In this document: positions 39,281 through 51,227 of the stretch, one piece after another
Layout: each line of letters opens with the position of its first letter
How positions within the stretch are numbered: the first letter of the stretch is position 1
Assembly (NCBI GenBank): GCA_028534125.1
Contig: CM052837.1
Span: forward strand, 23,188,001-23,252,000
Origin: Lama glama
Taxonomy: Eukaryota
DNA length: 64,000 nucleotides
Direction: 5' to 3'
Notes under the pieces: generated by a model
The model's database searches: none
The model's input: only the letters and a program-made list of their open reading frames with translations
What the model was told of the DNA's origin: nothing
Made by a program: the position numbers and the translations under genes

Positions 39281-41242
39281 TGTGGGACTCTGCTGATCCT
39301 TTAACTCCACGAAGGAAGAAGAAAAGTCTTTAATGAAATCATGCAAAGAATATGAATGAGTAGGTGAGCCGCAGATGATCAGGCCCTTGATTTAAGGAAT
39401 TGTAGTTTTTCTGACAACTAGCCTGTTCTTGGCAGAAGTTCAAGTTTATGAGAGTCAATTCAAGGGGCTGAGAGTAAAATGTTGAATACTGAGTATGATA
39501 GTCACTCCACTTTAACATACATTATCAGTACAGACTAGTTTATAAAGAAATACAAAACTTGAGCTCTTTGTGCCTTCTGTCGCCTTTATGCTTATGTTGC
39601 AGTTATGTAAAAATAAAACCTTTCTCTTGAGTTTGGAGGAGGTTAGTAATAACTGTTAAAAACCATTTGGGAAAAAGAATGGTTGACTTCATTTATTTAA
39701 TTGTTCTATTTAACAGCCCTCTCCCTACAGGGGGAGGGGAAAAATGCAGGCTGAAAGACTGAGTTAATACCCAGTCTTATGGTGATAGGGACCCCAGATG
39801 GCAAGATCAGTCATTAAACCTCACTTGCTGGCTATGTTTTTTCCCATTTCTGGGAATTGTTCTAAAGTCTCTCAGTAACTGATAATCCCATTTTGGGGCT
39901 TGAAAACATACAACGTAGCCAGTAGTTTCCTGATGGGACCATCTGCATGCCTGTTCAGAAGCTGTTCAGAGAGTGTCTTAACTGAAAAACATTTCCTTTT
40001 TATGTGATGTGTTTCAGCCTAAACAGTAAACATTATCTGAATGAATGTGATCCTCTAGTTCTTTCTTCTCCCAGACACTCTTACACATTTATATTTTCCA
40101 TTACTATTTAAAAATACGTGTGACATTGTAGTCTTTCCCTTTCCTTCTACACCAAAGGCCATTTCCTTTAAGACCCTGAGTTTATCTTGATTGCCATCCT
40201 ATCATGTCCTAGTGTTTATGTATTTCAGTCATTCCTATGAGTCACATTCAATTATTTTTCGGGTAAACTTGGGCTCTCATTATGGTCAATAGCAGCTTTT
40301 TGACTTTGAGCAAGTGACAAAACCTGTTTCAGAGTTTCCTTGATTATAACTGGAAGAGACCAAACCAAACTGTCTATAAAATTCTTTCAAGTTCTGCCAT
40401 TCTGTAACTGATTTTAAAATAACTCAAAACTACCTTTCCTAGCTATATAAAACTTGCTGAACAGAGACTTAAGTTATCTCGAATAGTTAGGACAAAGGAA
40501 AATGTTCAGAAGAGTTTAGATTCTGTTGAGCACCCCACCTATGGAATAGCACATTTTTATCTGGATATGTGTGTGTTTTGAAGTTTTATCTCCTGCGTTG
40601 GTGAATTGTACTTGTTTATGTTCGATCTTCTTTCTCGGTGCCACTGTGACAGCTCATCTAGGGTCACAGTTCAAAGAACCATAAAGAAATACCATCCTAG
40701 AAATTGGTAATTGTTGTAGGACTTTCCAAATACTTGCTTCTTGCTTCATAATTTTGTGTATGCAAACAGCAGTGATAAAGTATTTCCCACTAGACTCAAT
40801 CAGGAATTTTCCTCTCAAATTGTGTATTAAGTATCTAATATAAAAAGTCTCCTATACCCATTATTTGATAGTATTAGAAGAGATTTGAAGATGAGTAGAT
40901 TTTAAAGTAAGTGAGGATGATGTACTGGGATTACTCTCTATAGCAGTGCTTTCCCAACTCCCCTGAGGCTAAAAACGTACAGTTTCCCAGACTCTTCCTC
41001 TGCAGAGTGAGTGTTTTAACTTCTCCGGTAATCATGTATCAGGACATTTTAGGAAATACTGCCCTAGAGAAAAGTGCCAGTAAATTTTTATTCATCCATC
41101 AAATTGAGAGTTTTGGACTTGAGAACCTCTCCAGTTCTAATATTCTGTAATACCAATTTTTCTTCTTAATGCCCCCACAGAACTATTCCTAGAAATGTGA
41201 TTGGTCCTTATTTAAGTGTTTTCTCCCCATGTCTCTTTGTAG

Positions 41243-41355
41243 GACGGTAAATTGAAAAAACCCAAGAATAAGGATAAAGATAAAGATAAAAAAGTTCCAG
41301 AGCCAGATAGCAAGAAAAAGAAGCCGAAGAAAGAAGAGGAACAGAAGTGGAAATG
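41243..41355 (+). CDS. TOP1: TOP1 exon 8 (113 nt): DGKLKKPKNKDKDKDKKVPEPDSKKKKPKKEEEQKWK(W)
   Basis: ctttgtag|GACGGT...AAATG|gtaaca; phase 0 to 2. Confidence 0.97.
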
Positions 41356-41599
41356 GTAACATCTCAGCGCTGGGTTAAAATTTCAGCTCTTTGATTCTAC
41401 AGCCTAATTAAATAAGAATGTTTAGTTATTAAAATTAATAGCCTGATGTTTGAGGGAAGAGGGAAGTACTTAAAAGAATCTCTCTAGAATAGCATTCTAA
41501 AGTAAGTTTTCGAGTTCCTGGTGAGAGCATTAACTAGCTCTCATCCTATTGGATCTCAAAACTAGATTCCACCCTACTGAACAGAATAAACTACAGAAG

Positions 41600-42200
41600 T
41601 CCTCTATATGTATGAAAATTTAGCATATGAAGAAAGTTGCATTTAAAATGATAGGGAAAAGGTGGATTATTTTATAAATCATGTTGGGAAAATTGCCTAT
41701 TTAAAAAATAACCTCCACAAGAAACGGGTGAATATTTTTATAATTGTAGAATAATGAAGAGCTTTTGAAGCAAGGCATGTAACTGGAGCCATAAGGAAAA
41801 GATTTATAAATTCGATACATCAAAATTAAAATCTTCTATATGGCAAATAAAGAAACTCATGCCATTAAAAAGAAATTCTAAGGGAAACTGCAGTGCAGAG
41901 GGCTAAAATTTCTAAGATGAAAAAAGGTCTTTTAAAACATAATGAAAGGAACAGTCTGATAGAAAAGTGAAAAAAGGCAATTAATGAAAATAAACAATTA
42001 GTAAATATCTTAAAAGATGGTCAGCCTCACAAGCAACAAAGAAAGATGCAAAGAAAAATAATAAATGAGACTTCTTTTTGTTTAATATCTCTCAAATTAG
42101 GAAAGCTTATCTAGGGTTGTAAATGTGAGAAAACAGGCATTCTTCACTGTGGGGACTGAGGATTCAGTCTTTAATGGAGGATAATTTGGCAATTGCAGGT
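41600..42200 (+). mobile_element. Ancient L1M ORF2 3' remnant
   Basis: tatgaaaatttagcatatga...ggattattttataaatcatgttgggaaaattg...catcaaaattaaaatcttctatatggcaaa...aaaagatggtcagcctcac. Confidence 0.6.
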
Positions 42201-42234
42201 TACTTTTTGATATTTAGAGTTTTTAAATAAATGT

Positions 42235-43055
42235 ATTTTTTAACACCTTTATTGTGGTATGGTTCCTATACAGTAAACACTACATATTTCAAATGTACAA
42301 TTTGATGAATTTTGATAGATGTATATACCAGTGAAACCACTACCACAATCAAAATAGCTAACATGTCTATCAGTCCCCAAGAGATGCAATTTTCGAATTC
42401 CCAATTTATCCCTTCCCATCCCTTCTACCCCCTGGTAACCATAAGTTTGTTCTCTATGTCTGTCAGTCTGTTTCTGTTTTGTATATANNNNNNNNNNNNN
42501 NNNNNNNNNNNNNNNNNNNNNNNNNNNNNNNNNNNNNNNNNNNNNNNNNNNNNNNNNNNNNNNNNNNNNNNNNNNNNNNNNNNNNNNNNNNNNNNNNNNN
42601 NNNNNNNNNNNNNNNNNNNNNNNNNNNNNNNNNNNNNNNNNNNNNNNNNNNNNNNNNNNNNNNNNNNNNNNNNNNNNNNNNNNNNNNNNNNNNNNNNNNN
42701 NNNNNNNNNNNNNNNNNNNNNNNNNNNNNNNNNNNNNNNNNNNNNNNNNNNNNNNNNNGTGTGTTTTTGGATTATATTTTTCCCTGGATATATGCCCAGG
42801 AGTGGAATTGCTGAATCATATGGTAAGTCTATTTTTAGTTTTTTAAGGAATCTCCATGCTGTCCTCCATAGTAGCTGCCAATTTACATTCCCACCAAACA
42901 GTGTAGGAAGGTTCCTTTTTTCTCCACACCCTCTCTAGCACTTACCATGTGTAGACTTTTAAATGATGGCCATTCTGACTGGTATGAAGTGGTAATCTCA
43001 TTGTAGTTTTGATTTGCATTTCTCTAACAATTGATGTTGAGCATCTTAACATGTA
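42235..43055 (-). mobile_element. Composite L1: older 3' end (to about 42385) then younger L1 3' UTR/ORF2 end, interrupted by a 271-N gap (42488-42758)
   Basis: aatgtacaatttgatgaattttgatagatgtatatacc; ggtaaccataagtttgttctctatgtctgt; tatatgcccaggagtggaattgctg...ccaatttacattcccaccaaacagtgtagg. Confidence 0.85.
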
Positions 43056-43307
43056 TTTTTAATAATGATTTTTCTTAAAATTTTGTATTATTTAGCTACT
43101 GCATCAGTAATACATGATTTGTATTTATGTTGAAAAAATTCAAATGATTTAGAGGTATGTGAGTTAGAAAAAAATGACAGTTTCCTTTCCTTCTTTCTCC
43201 CATTCCCATTTTTCTTTTCCAGTTGTGAGGTACCACTGTTTGTAGTTTGAGTGTGTAGAATTCCAGACCCATTGGTATACATTTACCCTATAGCTTTTAT
43301 AATTTAG

Positions 43308-43507
43308 AACAATAATCTCGCCAGCACCTCTGAGGAAGACATCAGTGATCAGGGAGGTGGCTGCATGGAGCTGAGCTACAGCGGCAGAAACATTCAGCGT
43401 AGCTATGTGATTGGCATTGTTGGTGTAGACATGCCTGGAGTTAAAAGAAAAGTGTTGAGAAAGAGAAATACAGAGCAAAGGAATCCTAGGCCCTTCCAGG
43501 GGTCAGA
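43308..43507 (+). CDS. Candidate unannotated alternative exon in TOP1 intron 8 (200 nt, phase 0 to 2)
   Basis: cttttataatttag|AACAAT...TCAGA|gtaaga; 66 stop-free codons plus 2 nt; in frame with exon 9. No transcript evidence is available. Confidence 0.3.
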
Positions 43508-45294
43508 GTAAGAAAACAAAAGAACATTTATTTTTATTCATATTTATTTTTTTCTTTGAAACTAATCCGAGTTTTTAGTGATAGAATATTGAAAGGTTTT
43601 TATCACTTTAAATAAAAAAAATTTTAAGACAGAATGAAGTGATTGTATAAATCAGGGGGCATTATTGGAAGTGGTGAGTTAGTAATTCATTAGTCTTGTT
43701 ACCTCCCTCAGGGTTCTGCGGTGGGTACGCAGTAAGTGTGTGTTGATTGTTGAATGAACCAGTTCGTGTCTTTGTCATGACAAGCTCCCTGCTCTCTTCC
43801 CCCTTCCTTTGGCATCTTGGCTCTTGTTGGGCTTGGGAGCGAATGTACTCTTCTTCTGATCCAGCCTTGTGTGTCTGGGTGTGGAATTAGGTACGCTTGA
43901 AGGGTCTAACAGCCTAATTTGGCTTTTTTGTTTGAAATTCTTACCAGTGTTGCCACACATTAATTATGAGAGACCATGATTTAATGGTTTTTATTCTTGT
44001 TTTGGTTTAAGTTAGTCTTAAAATGTACAGAACAGAAATGATTAGCCTCTTAACCAATTACTTGTCCTTTCCTTCTATCACTATAAGCTGCCTGTTAGAT
44101 GCTGAAGTCAGTGGTGCAGTCCTCAGTGATTGTCCCTGACAGGCTACTCAGGGAGTTTGAATGGCAGATATTCTAATTTTTAATGTTTCTCACTAAAGGA
44201 GAATTACACAGTTTGCCAGGTTGGCAAATGTGCACATCTTTTGCTTCCCCCAAAGTCTGTAGATTTGTTCATCTTGCCAAAAAGAAAGTAACTTTGAGCC
44301 TTTTCTCTCCCTCTTTGGTAATTGTGGGGATGGGAGAATGGTTGGGATCCCTGTGGATTTCCTTACCATGTCATATTTTCTTCATATATGAAGAACGTTT
44401 CATATATATATAGCTTAATTCATAGAAACAAGTGGTGTTACAGGTGGTGGCAGTGTGCTCAGGCTCATCCATAAAAACCTATTTAGCCCAAATTGCCCTT
44501 ATTTTTAATGTGACCCATTGTAGCTGTATAGGGATTCAGCTGTGCTTTAAGTACACTTTGTGTTGGGGCTGACCTGTTGGAGCTAAGTCCCATGTTTACA
44601 CTAAATAGATGATTTTTCGTGAAAAGACTTAGAAATTGGGGAGTTTGTTGCTGGTGTTGGGTGAGGTTAAGTACATGTTTTTCTTAATTTTCCTGGTCAA
44701 ACGTTAATGGGGGCCTAAAGGGCCAACACTGTTGTTTTTATTTGTGTAGTAGTAGTTGTTGATCCAGTGATACCAGCCTGTTGGAGGATATATTCTTTCT
44801 GTTTAAACTAAGGATTTAGTATTGAGTGAATCTCTCAATTTGCTTAAATGGTAAAGAAGTTACTGGGAGTCCTCAGCATGAACATGATGGAATAGAAGGA
44901 ATTAGAAAAAGCTTGGAATTTTAGTTAAAGAAGCAGTGGAGTTGATAAGAAGAATGGAACCAAGTCCTAGGGCAAAGGAAAACACGACATTCTGGATTCC
45001 CACATAGTTATTCTGTGACTGCTGTTGATAGGCTTTTTGTAATTGCTCCTACATACATGCACACATGCATAACATATGCTCATACATACGCATTTTCTCC
45101 GATTTGGAGAGTAACAGATTCTGTGGGTGGAGTGGTTTCTGCATCCAGGCCTTTCTGTGTTAACATCTAGTTGAATGATCCTCCCAGTTTCCTATCTGCA
45201 AAGTGGTAGTGGTAGGTTGATTATAGAGGATTCTTAATGTTTTTTCCAGGTCTAAGATTTTATTAAATCTTGACTTTGAGAGTTTTTTGAAAAA

Positions 45295-46612
45295 TTATTT
45301 TTAACAGTGGTAAAATACAAAAACATACAATTTACCATCTTAACCATTTTTCAAGTGTGCAGTTAAGTGGCATTAAGAACATTCACATTTTTGTGCAGTG
45401 ATTCCCCACCACCATCCATCTCCAGAACTCTCTTCATCTTACCAAACTGAAAATTCTGTTAAATATGTTTCCTTCATCCTCCTTTTCCCCTTGCCAACCA
45501 CCATTCTGCTTTCTGTCTCTGTGAATTTGATTACTGTAGGCCCTTCGTATAAGTGGCTTTGTGCAATATCGGACCTTTTGTAACTGGATTATTTCACTTA
45601 ACAAAGTGTCTTCAAGATTCATCCATGTTATAGCCAGAATTTCCTTACTTTTTAAGGATGAATAATAATCCGTTGTATGTATGGACCACATTTTGTTTAT
45701 TCATTCATCTGTTGGTGAATACTTGATTGTTTCTACCTTTTGGCAGTTGTGAATAGAGCTGCTATGCACATTTGTGTACAAATACTTGTTTGAATACCTG
45801 CTTTCAGTCCTCGAGTATATTCCCAGAAGTGAAATAAACTAGATCAAATGGTAATTCTATGTTTAACTTTTGGAAGAACTGCCATATTGTTTTCCACAGC
45901 TGCACCTGCTTACGTTCCCATCAGCAGTGCACAAAAGTTATAATTTCTTCATATCCTCATCAACACTTGTTATTTACGGTTTGTTTTTGTTTTTAATAGT
46001 AGTTGTCCTAATGGGTATGAGTAGTATCTCATGGTTTTGATTTTTATTTTCCTAGTGATTGGTGATGTTGAGCATTTTTTCAGATGTTTACTGGCCGTCT
46101 ATATTTATCTTTGGAGAAATGTCTATTCAAGTTCTTTGCCTATTTTTTAATTGGGTGGGTTTGTTTTTTGTTGAGTTGTAGTTCTTTATATAGTCTAGAT
46201 AATTAACTCCTTATCAAATATATGCTTAGTGAATATTTTCTCTCATTCCTTAGGTTGCCTTTTCACTCTGTTGATTATGTCCTTTGATGCATAGTTTTTA
46301 ATCTAATAGTCTAGTTTATCTAATTTTTCTCTTGTTGCCTCTGCTTTTAGTGTCATATCTAAGAAATTATTTCTGAATCCGGTGTCATGAAACTTTTGCC
46401 TTATGTTTTCTTCTAAGAGTTTTATAGTTTTAGCTCTTACATTTGGGTGTTTGATACATTTTGAGTTAATTTTTGTATAGAGTGTAAGGTAAAAACCCAA
46501 TTTCATCCTCTTGCATGTGAATACCCAGTTTCCCCAACACCATTTGTTAAAAAGATTCCTTTCTCCACTGAACGGTCTTGGCACCCTTGTCAAAAATGAT
46601 TTGACCGTATAT
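45295..46612 (-). mobile_element. 5'-truncated L1MB-like element (ORF2 C-terminus plus 3' UTR)
   Basis: Minus-strand ORFs 46303..46593 (LFNKWCWGNW...CKRMKL...YTKINSK...KTIKLLEENI) and 45434..45691 (MWSIHTTDYYSSLKSKEILA..WMNLE) are L1 ORF2 remnants. Confidence 0.92.
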
Positions 46613-46909
46613 GTTGATCTTGGTTTTATAGTAATGCTATTGTTACAGCATAGTTTTGATACATGTAATTTTTATTTGATGTTTCTGAATTTCAGAATAT
46701 TGGAGTTGGGAAATGGTGGGAAGTAATAGACTATGCATAATTGGCCTTCAGAATAATTCTGTAGGTCTGTAGGGCTTTTCATTTTAAGACAGAAATAGTG
46801 AATATTAAAATCTGTGACGCTTTTAAGTGTTCTATCTATAAGACAACTGACTGACTCTTTAAAAAACAGAATGGTGTTGGTGATGGTGAGAAGATCTGTC
46901 TAATTTTAG

Positions 46910-47292
46910 AGAAAGAAAGATTTAGACATAACCCATTGCAATGTGTGGTCCTTAATTGTATCCTAGACTATAAAACACACTTGGGATGTAATTGGAATTA
47001 TTAAATATGGTCTGGATATTAGAATGATACTAGGGAACTATTACTTTTGTTACATGTGATAATATTATTATAGCTATATGAGAAAATATCCTTATTTTTA
47101 TAGAGATGTTTGCTAAAATATTTAAAGGTCGATATTATATCTGTAATTTGCTTGAAATGGTTCAGAAAAAAAAAGGAAACTTAGCATAACACTAACAATT
47201 GTACATAGGTGATGAGTATATGGTATTCTACATCTTACTCTCTGATTTTCTGTATGTTTGATCATTTTTTAAATAAAAAGTTTTTTAAAAAG
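46910..47292 (+). mobile_element. Ancient L1M 3' UTR
   Basis: tgcaatgtgtggtccttaattgtatcctagac...ggtctggatattaga...gaaaatatccttatttt...ttttctgtatgtttga...aataaaaagtt. Confidence 0.7.
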
Positions 47293-47866
47293 TTGTTTCC
47301 GCTGCGCTTTACATTCACTTGTCAGTGTCTCCTAGATTGCTCTAAATTACCTGTAACTACCTTAAACTCAATATACCCCAACTCAACTATTATTTTCCAG
47401 TGTTCTGTTCCATTATGTACTTTCTCAGAAGATTGTTTTCCCCTGTACCTTCACCTGGCATCTCCATTCCCAAGAGGCCTTTTCCTGTGTATCATCAGCA
47501 TAAATAATATCTCTGTCATGTACACCATTGTGGTTTACTATTACACTGTGTGATAACAAAAAGCTGTTTTTATTTTCATCCTGATTCGTTGCTGAGTAAT
47601 GATCTCATGTACCCATTATCTTTGAACTAAACTGCTGAAATGTATTTTCCTCCACTCACCTGAGTATTCCATCTTATTTATTGTGAGTATTGGCTTTTTC
47701 AAAGTGAAAGATACTGATTATTTTGACCCAGGCCTTGAATGTGGGGCCCAGAGTCAATCCAGATCACCAGTCAATTGAGCTGATAATTATTTTGGCATTT
47801 AATAGATGATAATCTTTATATTAGGTGAAGTGATCACTCAGTGAGATTGTACTTTGTCTTTGAAAG

Positions 47867-47982
47867 GTGGGAAGAAGAGCGCTATCCTGAAGGCATCAAG
47901 TGGAAATTCCTAGAACATAAAGGTCCTGTATTTGCTCCACCATATGAACCTCTTCCAGAGAGTGTCAAGTTTTACTATGATG
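47867..47982 (+). CDS. TOP1: TOP1 exon 9 (116 nt): WEEERYPEGIKWKFLEHKGPVFAPPYEPLPESVKFYYD(G), start of core domain
   Basis: ctttgaaag|GTGGGAA...GATG|gtgagt; matches ORF 47841..48050. Confidence 0.98.
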
Positions 47983-50176
47983 GTGAGTTCCGAGGTTGTC
48001 CAATTCCTGGCCAAGGAAAGAGTTTGATTCTATTTAGGAATAGAAAGTGAGGAAGGATCTTATGCAAAATATTCTTTTTTGTGTACTTCATTTTGGTTTT
48101 TTGTTACCATGTAGTTTGAGGGAAGGATAATCAGGTGTTTACTTAAAGGCCTGTTTGGTGCAGAAAAAGTGCTGTGAAAAAGAGGCTATTAATTTCTTAT
48201 CTACGTGGTCTCCAAAAGGTCCACCTGCATAGCTCACAGCACTTGGACCACAAGCTAAATGTTTTTATCTGAACTTTTATTTCTAAAGCTACTATTAAAA
48301 CAGCCTTACCTGAATGGTAGTATTTTATTTTAGTGATACAATGCTAGCTGACAAGCTGCTCATCACTAGAAATAGTATTTAGTACTCAGTTGAGGGTTAA
48401 TTAGTCTACCCTCAACCTCTAGTTGGAGCTGGTAGGTGTCTATCACTCACTCTACATAGCACACCACTATGCCTTTGCCCTTTGTGCAGTCAAGTCTGAA
48501 TAACTGCTTTGAAAAAATGTCCTGTCTAGTTCTCTTAGAACCCCCAGAATTTTCTATTAACTGTCATTGGTATTTCTGTCCTTGGGTTGAAAAATTTGAG
48601 AGTAGTCTTTGATGCTCCCTTGTTGGCAGTGTAGCAGTGTGCAGGAAGTAATGTGCTACTGATTTCCCTCATTCCAAGAGTTCTCTCCAGAAATGGCTAG
48701 AGTGTTGTTCCTCAAACCCTTATTTGCTTTAGATCCACCAGGTGGATCTGGGCCCTTTTAGTAGGTGTAGAATGGTATTGAGTGCTTCTGAACCAAGTGG
48801 TTTATTGAACAAACTTTGAGAAGCACATGGCAGGAGAAATGCTGAAAATGCTGTCCACCAGCAGTGGCCTCAGGTCATGGATGCTTATAGGTCAAGGGTG
48901 GTAGTTTATACGAAAAGGCTGGGTCTTGCTAGTGACAGATACGTCAGACTTGGCAAGCTGGAATTCATTTTTTAAAAATTGTATTTATTCAGTGTGCCTG
49001 TCTGTATACAGACACCCAAGACCCAGCAGTGGACAATATTGACAAATCCCTGATCTCATGGTGTTTATAGTCTGTCCCTTACAGCCTTAATGACAGTTTC
49101 TTGCATCAGATAAACATTCTGACCTGTATTAACTGAAGAGCACAGGACAGAGTTCTGCAGTCAGCCCTCACAGTGGGTCATTCCTGGAAACTCTTAAATG
49201 TGACCCAAAGCCAAAACTCCAATGAAGAGAAGGAGCCTAGACAATCAAACATGCAGTTATTCTGTAACTCTAGTCTGGGTTTACCAAGAGTTTTAGAAAG
49301 CTCAACTGGTAAAGCCTCACTTTGAGGTTTAAAGTGATTGGAAGGGAAGTTAGATTATTTTCCTTAGCCTTTGGGTTTCTCTTACTTTTCAAGATAGGAA
49401 GCCAGTTATCATTGGTTGCCCTGGCCCCTTCCCATATTCCTCCTCAGTCCTCCGTTACAGGAGCTCCAGCTCCAGGGCTCTCACGTTTTCTCAGTTAGTC
49501 TTCTTTCTGGGGTTTCTTTGGTTAGGTAAACTCCCACCCTGCAGTAAGTTAAGAAGTCTGACTTACTGGTCCAAATTGTTACTGTCAGTCCTGCCTACTC
49601 TCTAGGGAAGAGAATTCTCAGACTCTTATACAGCACCTGCCAGGAGGTCGGGCATGAGCTGGCTGAGGCAGTGAATGGCCTCTGAGAACCTCCAGTTTTC
49701 AGCTCTGACTCAGCATTTCTTCTTTCTGGAGCTCGGCCATTTCCGCAAAGCACTATCATTGCCAGGAACCTTGAAGTCATCCTCCCTACCCCTCTGCTGC
49801 TAGGAGCTGTCATTTCATCTTTTTGACAGCTTATCTAAAACAGGAGGTGTCAAACTTGCTTCCTCTACTGGAACAAAATTCAGTAAAATTTCCCATAAAG
49901 TCTCTTTTTCTGTTTTTGTTTTGTTTTTAAGTACTGTTAATATTTAGTTTATACCAAATAGACCCAGGAACAGTTTACATTCTTTCTTGCCATTTTATTT
50001 ATTTTATTGTTAGTGTCTTAATGTTTTCCCTTATATTGGAAGCATGTTATAACTTAACTGGCAGCGCTGGTTCAGACCTGAGGTGGGAGAGTTCTGAAAA
50101 AGTGTAGGAAATCCTTGAAAGCCTGTCCTCCCCAAGTGTCTTCTTTCAAAGGCAGATGGGAGGTTGAGAGGGAAAG

Positions 50177-50195
50177 TGGCGCCACCTATTGGCCT
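50177..50195 (-). promoter_or_regulatory. Candidate CTCF binding site
   Basis: The minus strand reads aggCCAATAGGTGGCGCCa, one mismatch to CCASYAGRKGGCRSY, and keeps a CpG in a CpG-poor background. Confidence 0.6.
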
Positions 50196-50500
50196 TTTAA
50201 GTTATGGACTTCAAGCAGGTTCTGTCTACACTGAAAGTTTCAATTTTGGGCTGCAATTCCCTACATCCCTACAATCGAGGATGATAATTTCCCAACCATC
50301 ATGAGATGAGATGTTCTCTGAGTTTTGGAATGAATGTATTTCTTAAGTTTTAGTTTTCTACAATGAATGTGAAAATCCTTGGTACCTATGTAATCGTAAG
50401 GCAGTGGAGAAACGTGTACAATGCCAAGAACTCCTGTCATCCCTGTGCTCTGGATGAGTCCATTTTCCCTGAGAGAGGCAACCTCGTAATGCCTGTGTTC

Positions 50501-50668
50501 CAGAGCATCTCAGACTCCAGTGTGTACACAAGCCATCTTTGGGGGTCTTGTTAAAATGCACTTTCTGATTCATTAGGTCTAGGGTGGAGTCTGAGATTCT
50601 ACATTTCTACCAAACTCCCATGTGATGCCAATACTGCTGGTCTGTGAAGCAAACTTTTGAGTAGCAGG
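50501..50668. mobile_element. MER5A1-like hAT-Charlie MITE
   Basis: gggggtcttgttaaaatgcactttctgattcattaggtctagggtggagtctgagattctacatttctaccaaactcccatgtgatgcc...tttgagtagcagg. Confidence 0.85.
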
Positions 50669-51227
50669 GTTCTAGAGGAAGGTCTTGTTTACCTTTTCAT
50701 ACGGGATATCTGGGCTTGCCTGCTATGAATATATATTTTCTATTCATATTCCACCCACCTAACTTTAAGAAGAAAGATGCCTATTTCTTTTCCCCACAAT
50801 TCCTTTCTTCCAATCCCTGCCCTATCCTTTCCTCCCCTTCTNNNNNNNNNNNNNNNNNNNNNNNNNNNNNNNNNNNNNNNNNNNNNNNNNNNNNNNNNNN
50901 NNNNNNNNNNNNNNNNNNNNNNNNNNNNNNNNNNNNNNNNNNNNNNNNNNNNNNNNNNNNNNNNNNNNNNNNNNNNNNNNNNNNNNNNNGGCTCCTGGGA
51001 ACAATTTACTGGCATAGTCTCCAGAGAATGACCCAGGTAAATATCTGATAAAGAGAAGGAGAATTCATACAAGTAGATAAAAATCAGTATACTGTCTTTG
51101 TTGTTGTTGTTACTGTGTGTCACCAGACCTTTATATATATATTCCTTGGGAAGGTAAACCATTATTACAGCAGCCGTCTCCAGAGCCACAGTGTTTACAC
51201 TCAGAACATGAATACTCCACACCTTAT

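Noticed and set aside
43164-43478. Minus-strand 104-aa ORF overlapping the candidate exon
   Set aside because: It starts at a non-ATG codon, has no recognisable homology, and the splice signals point to the + strand.
46303-46593. Minus-strand 96-aa ORF as an antisense gene
   Set aside because: It is a decayed L1 ORF2 C-terminal fragment.
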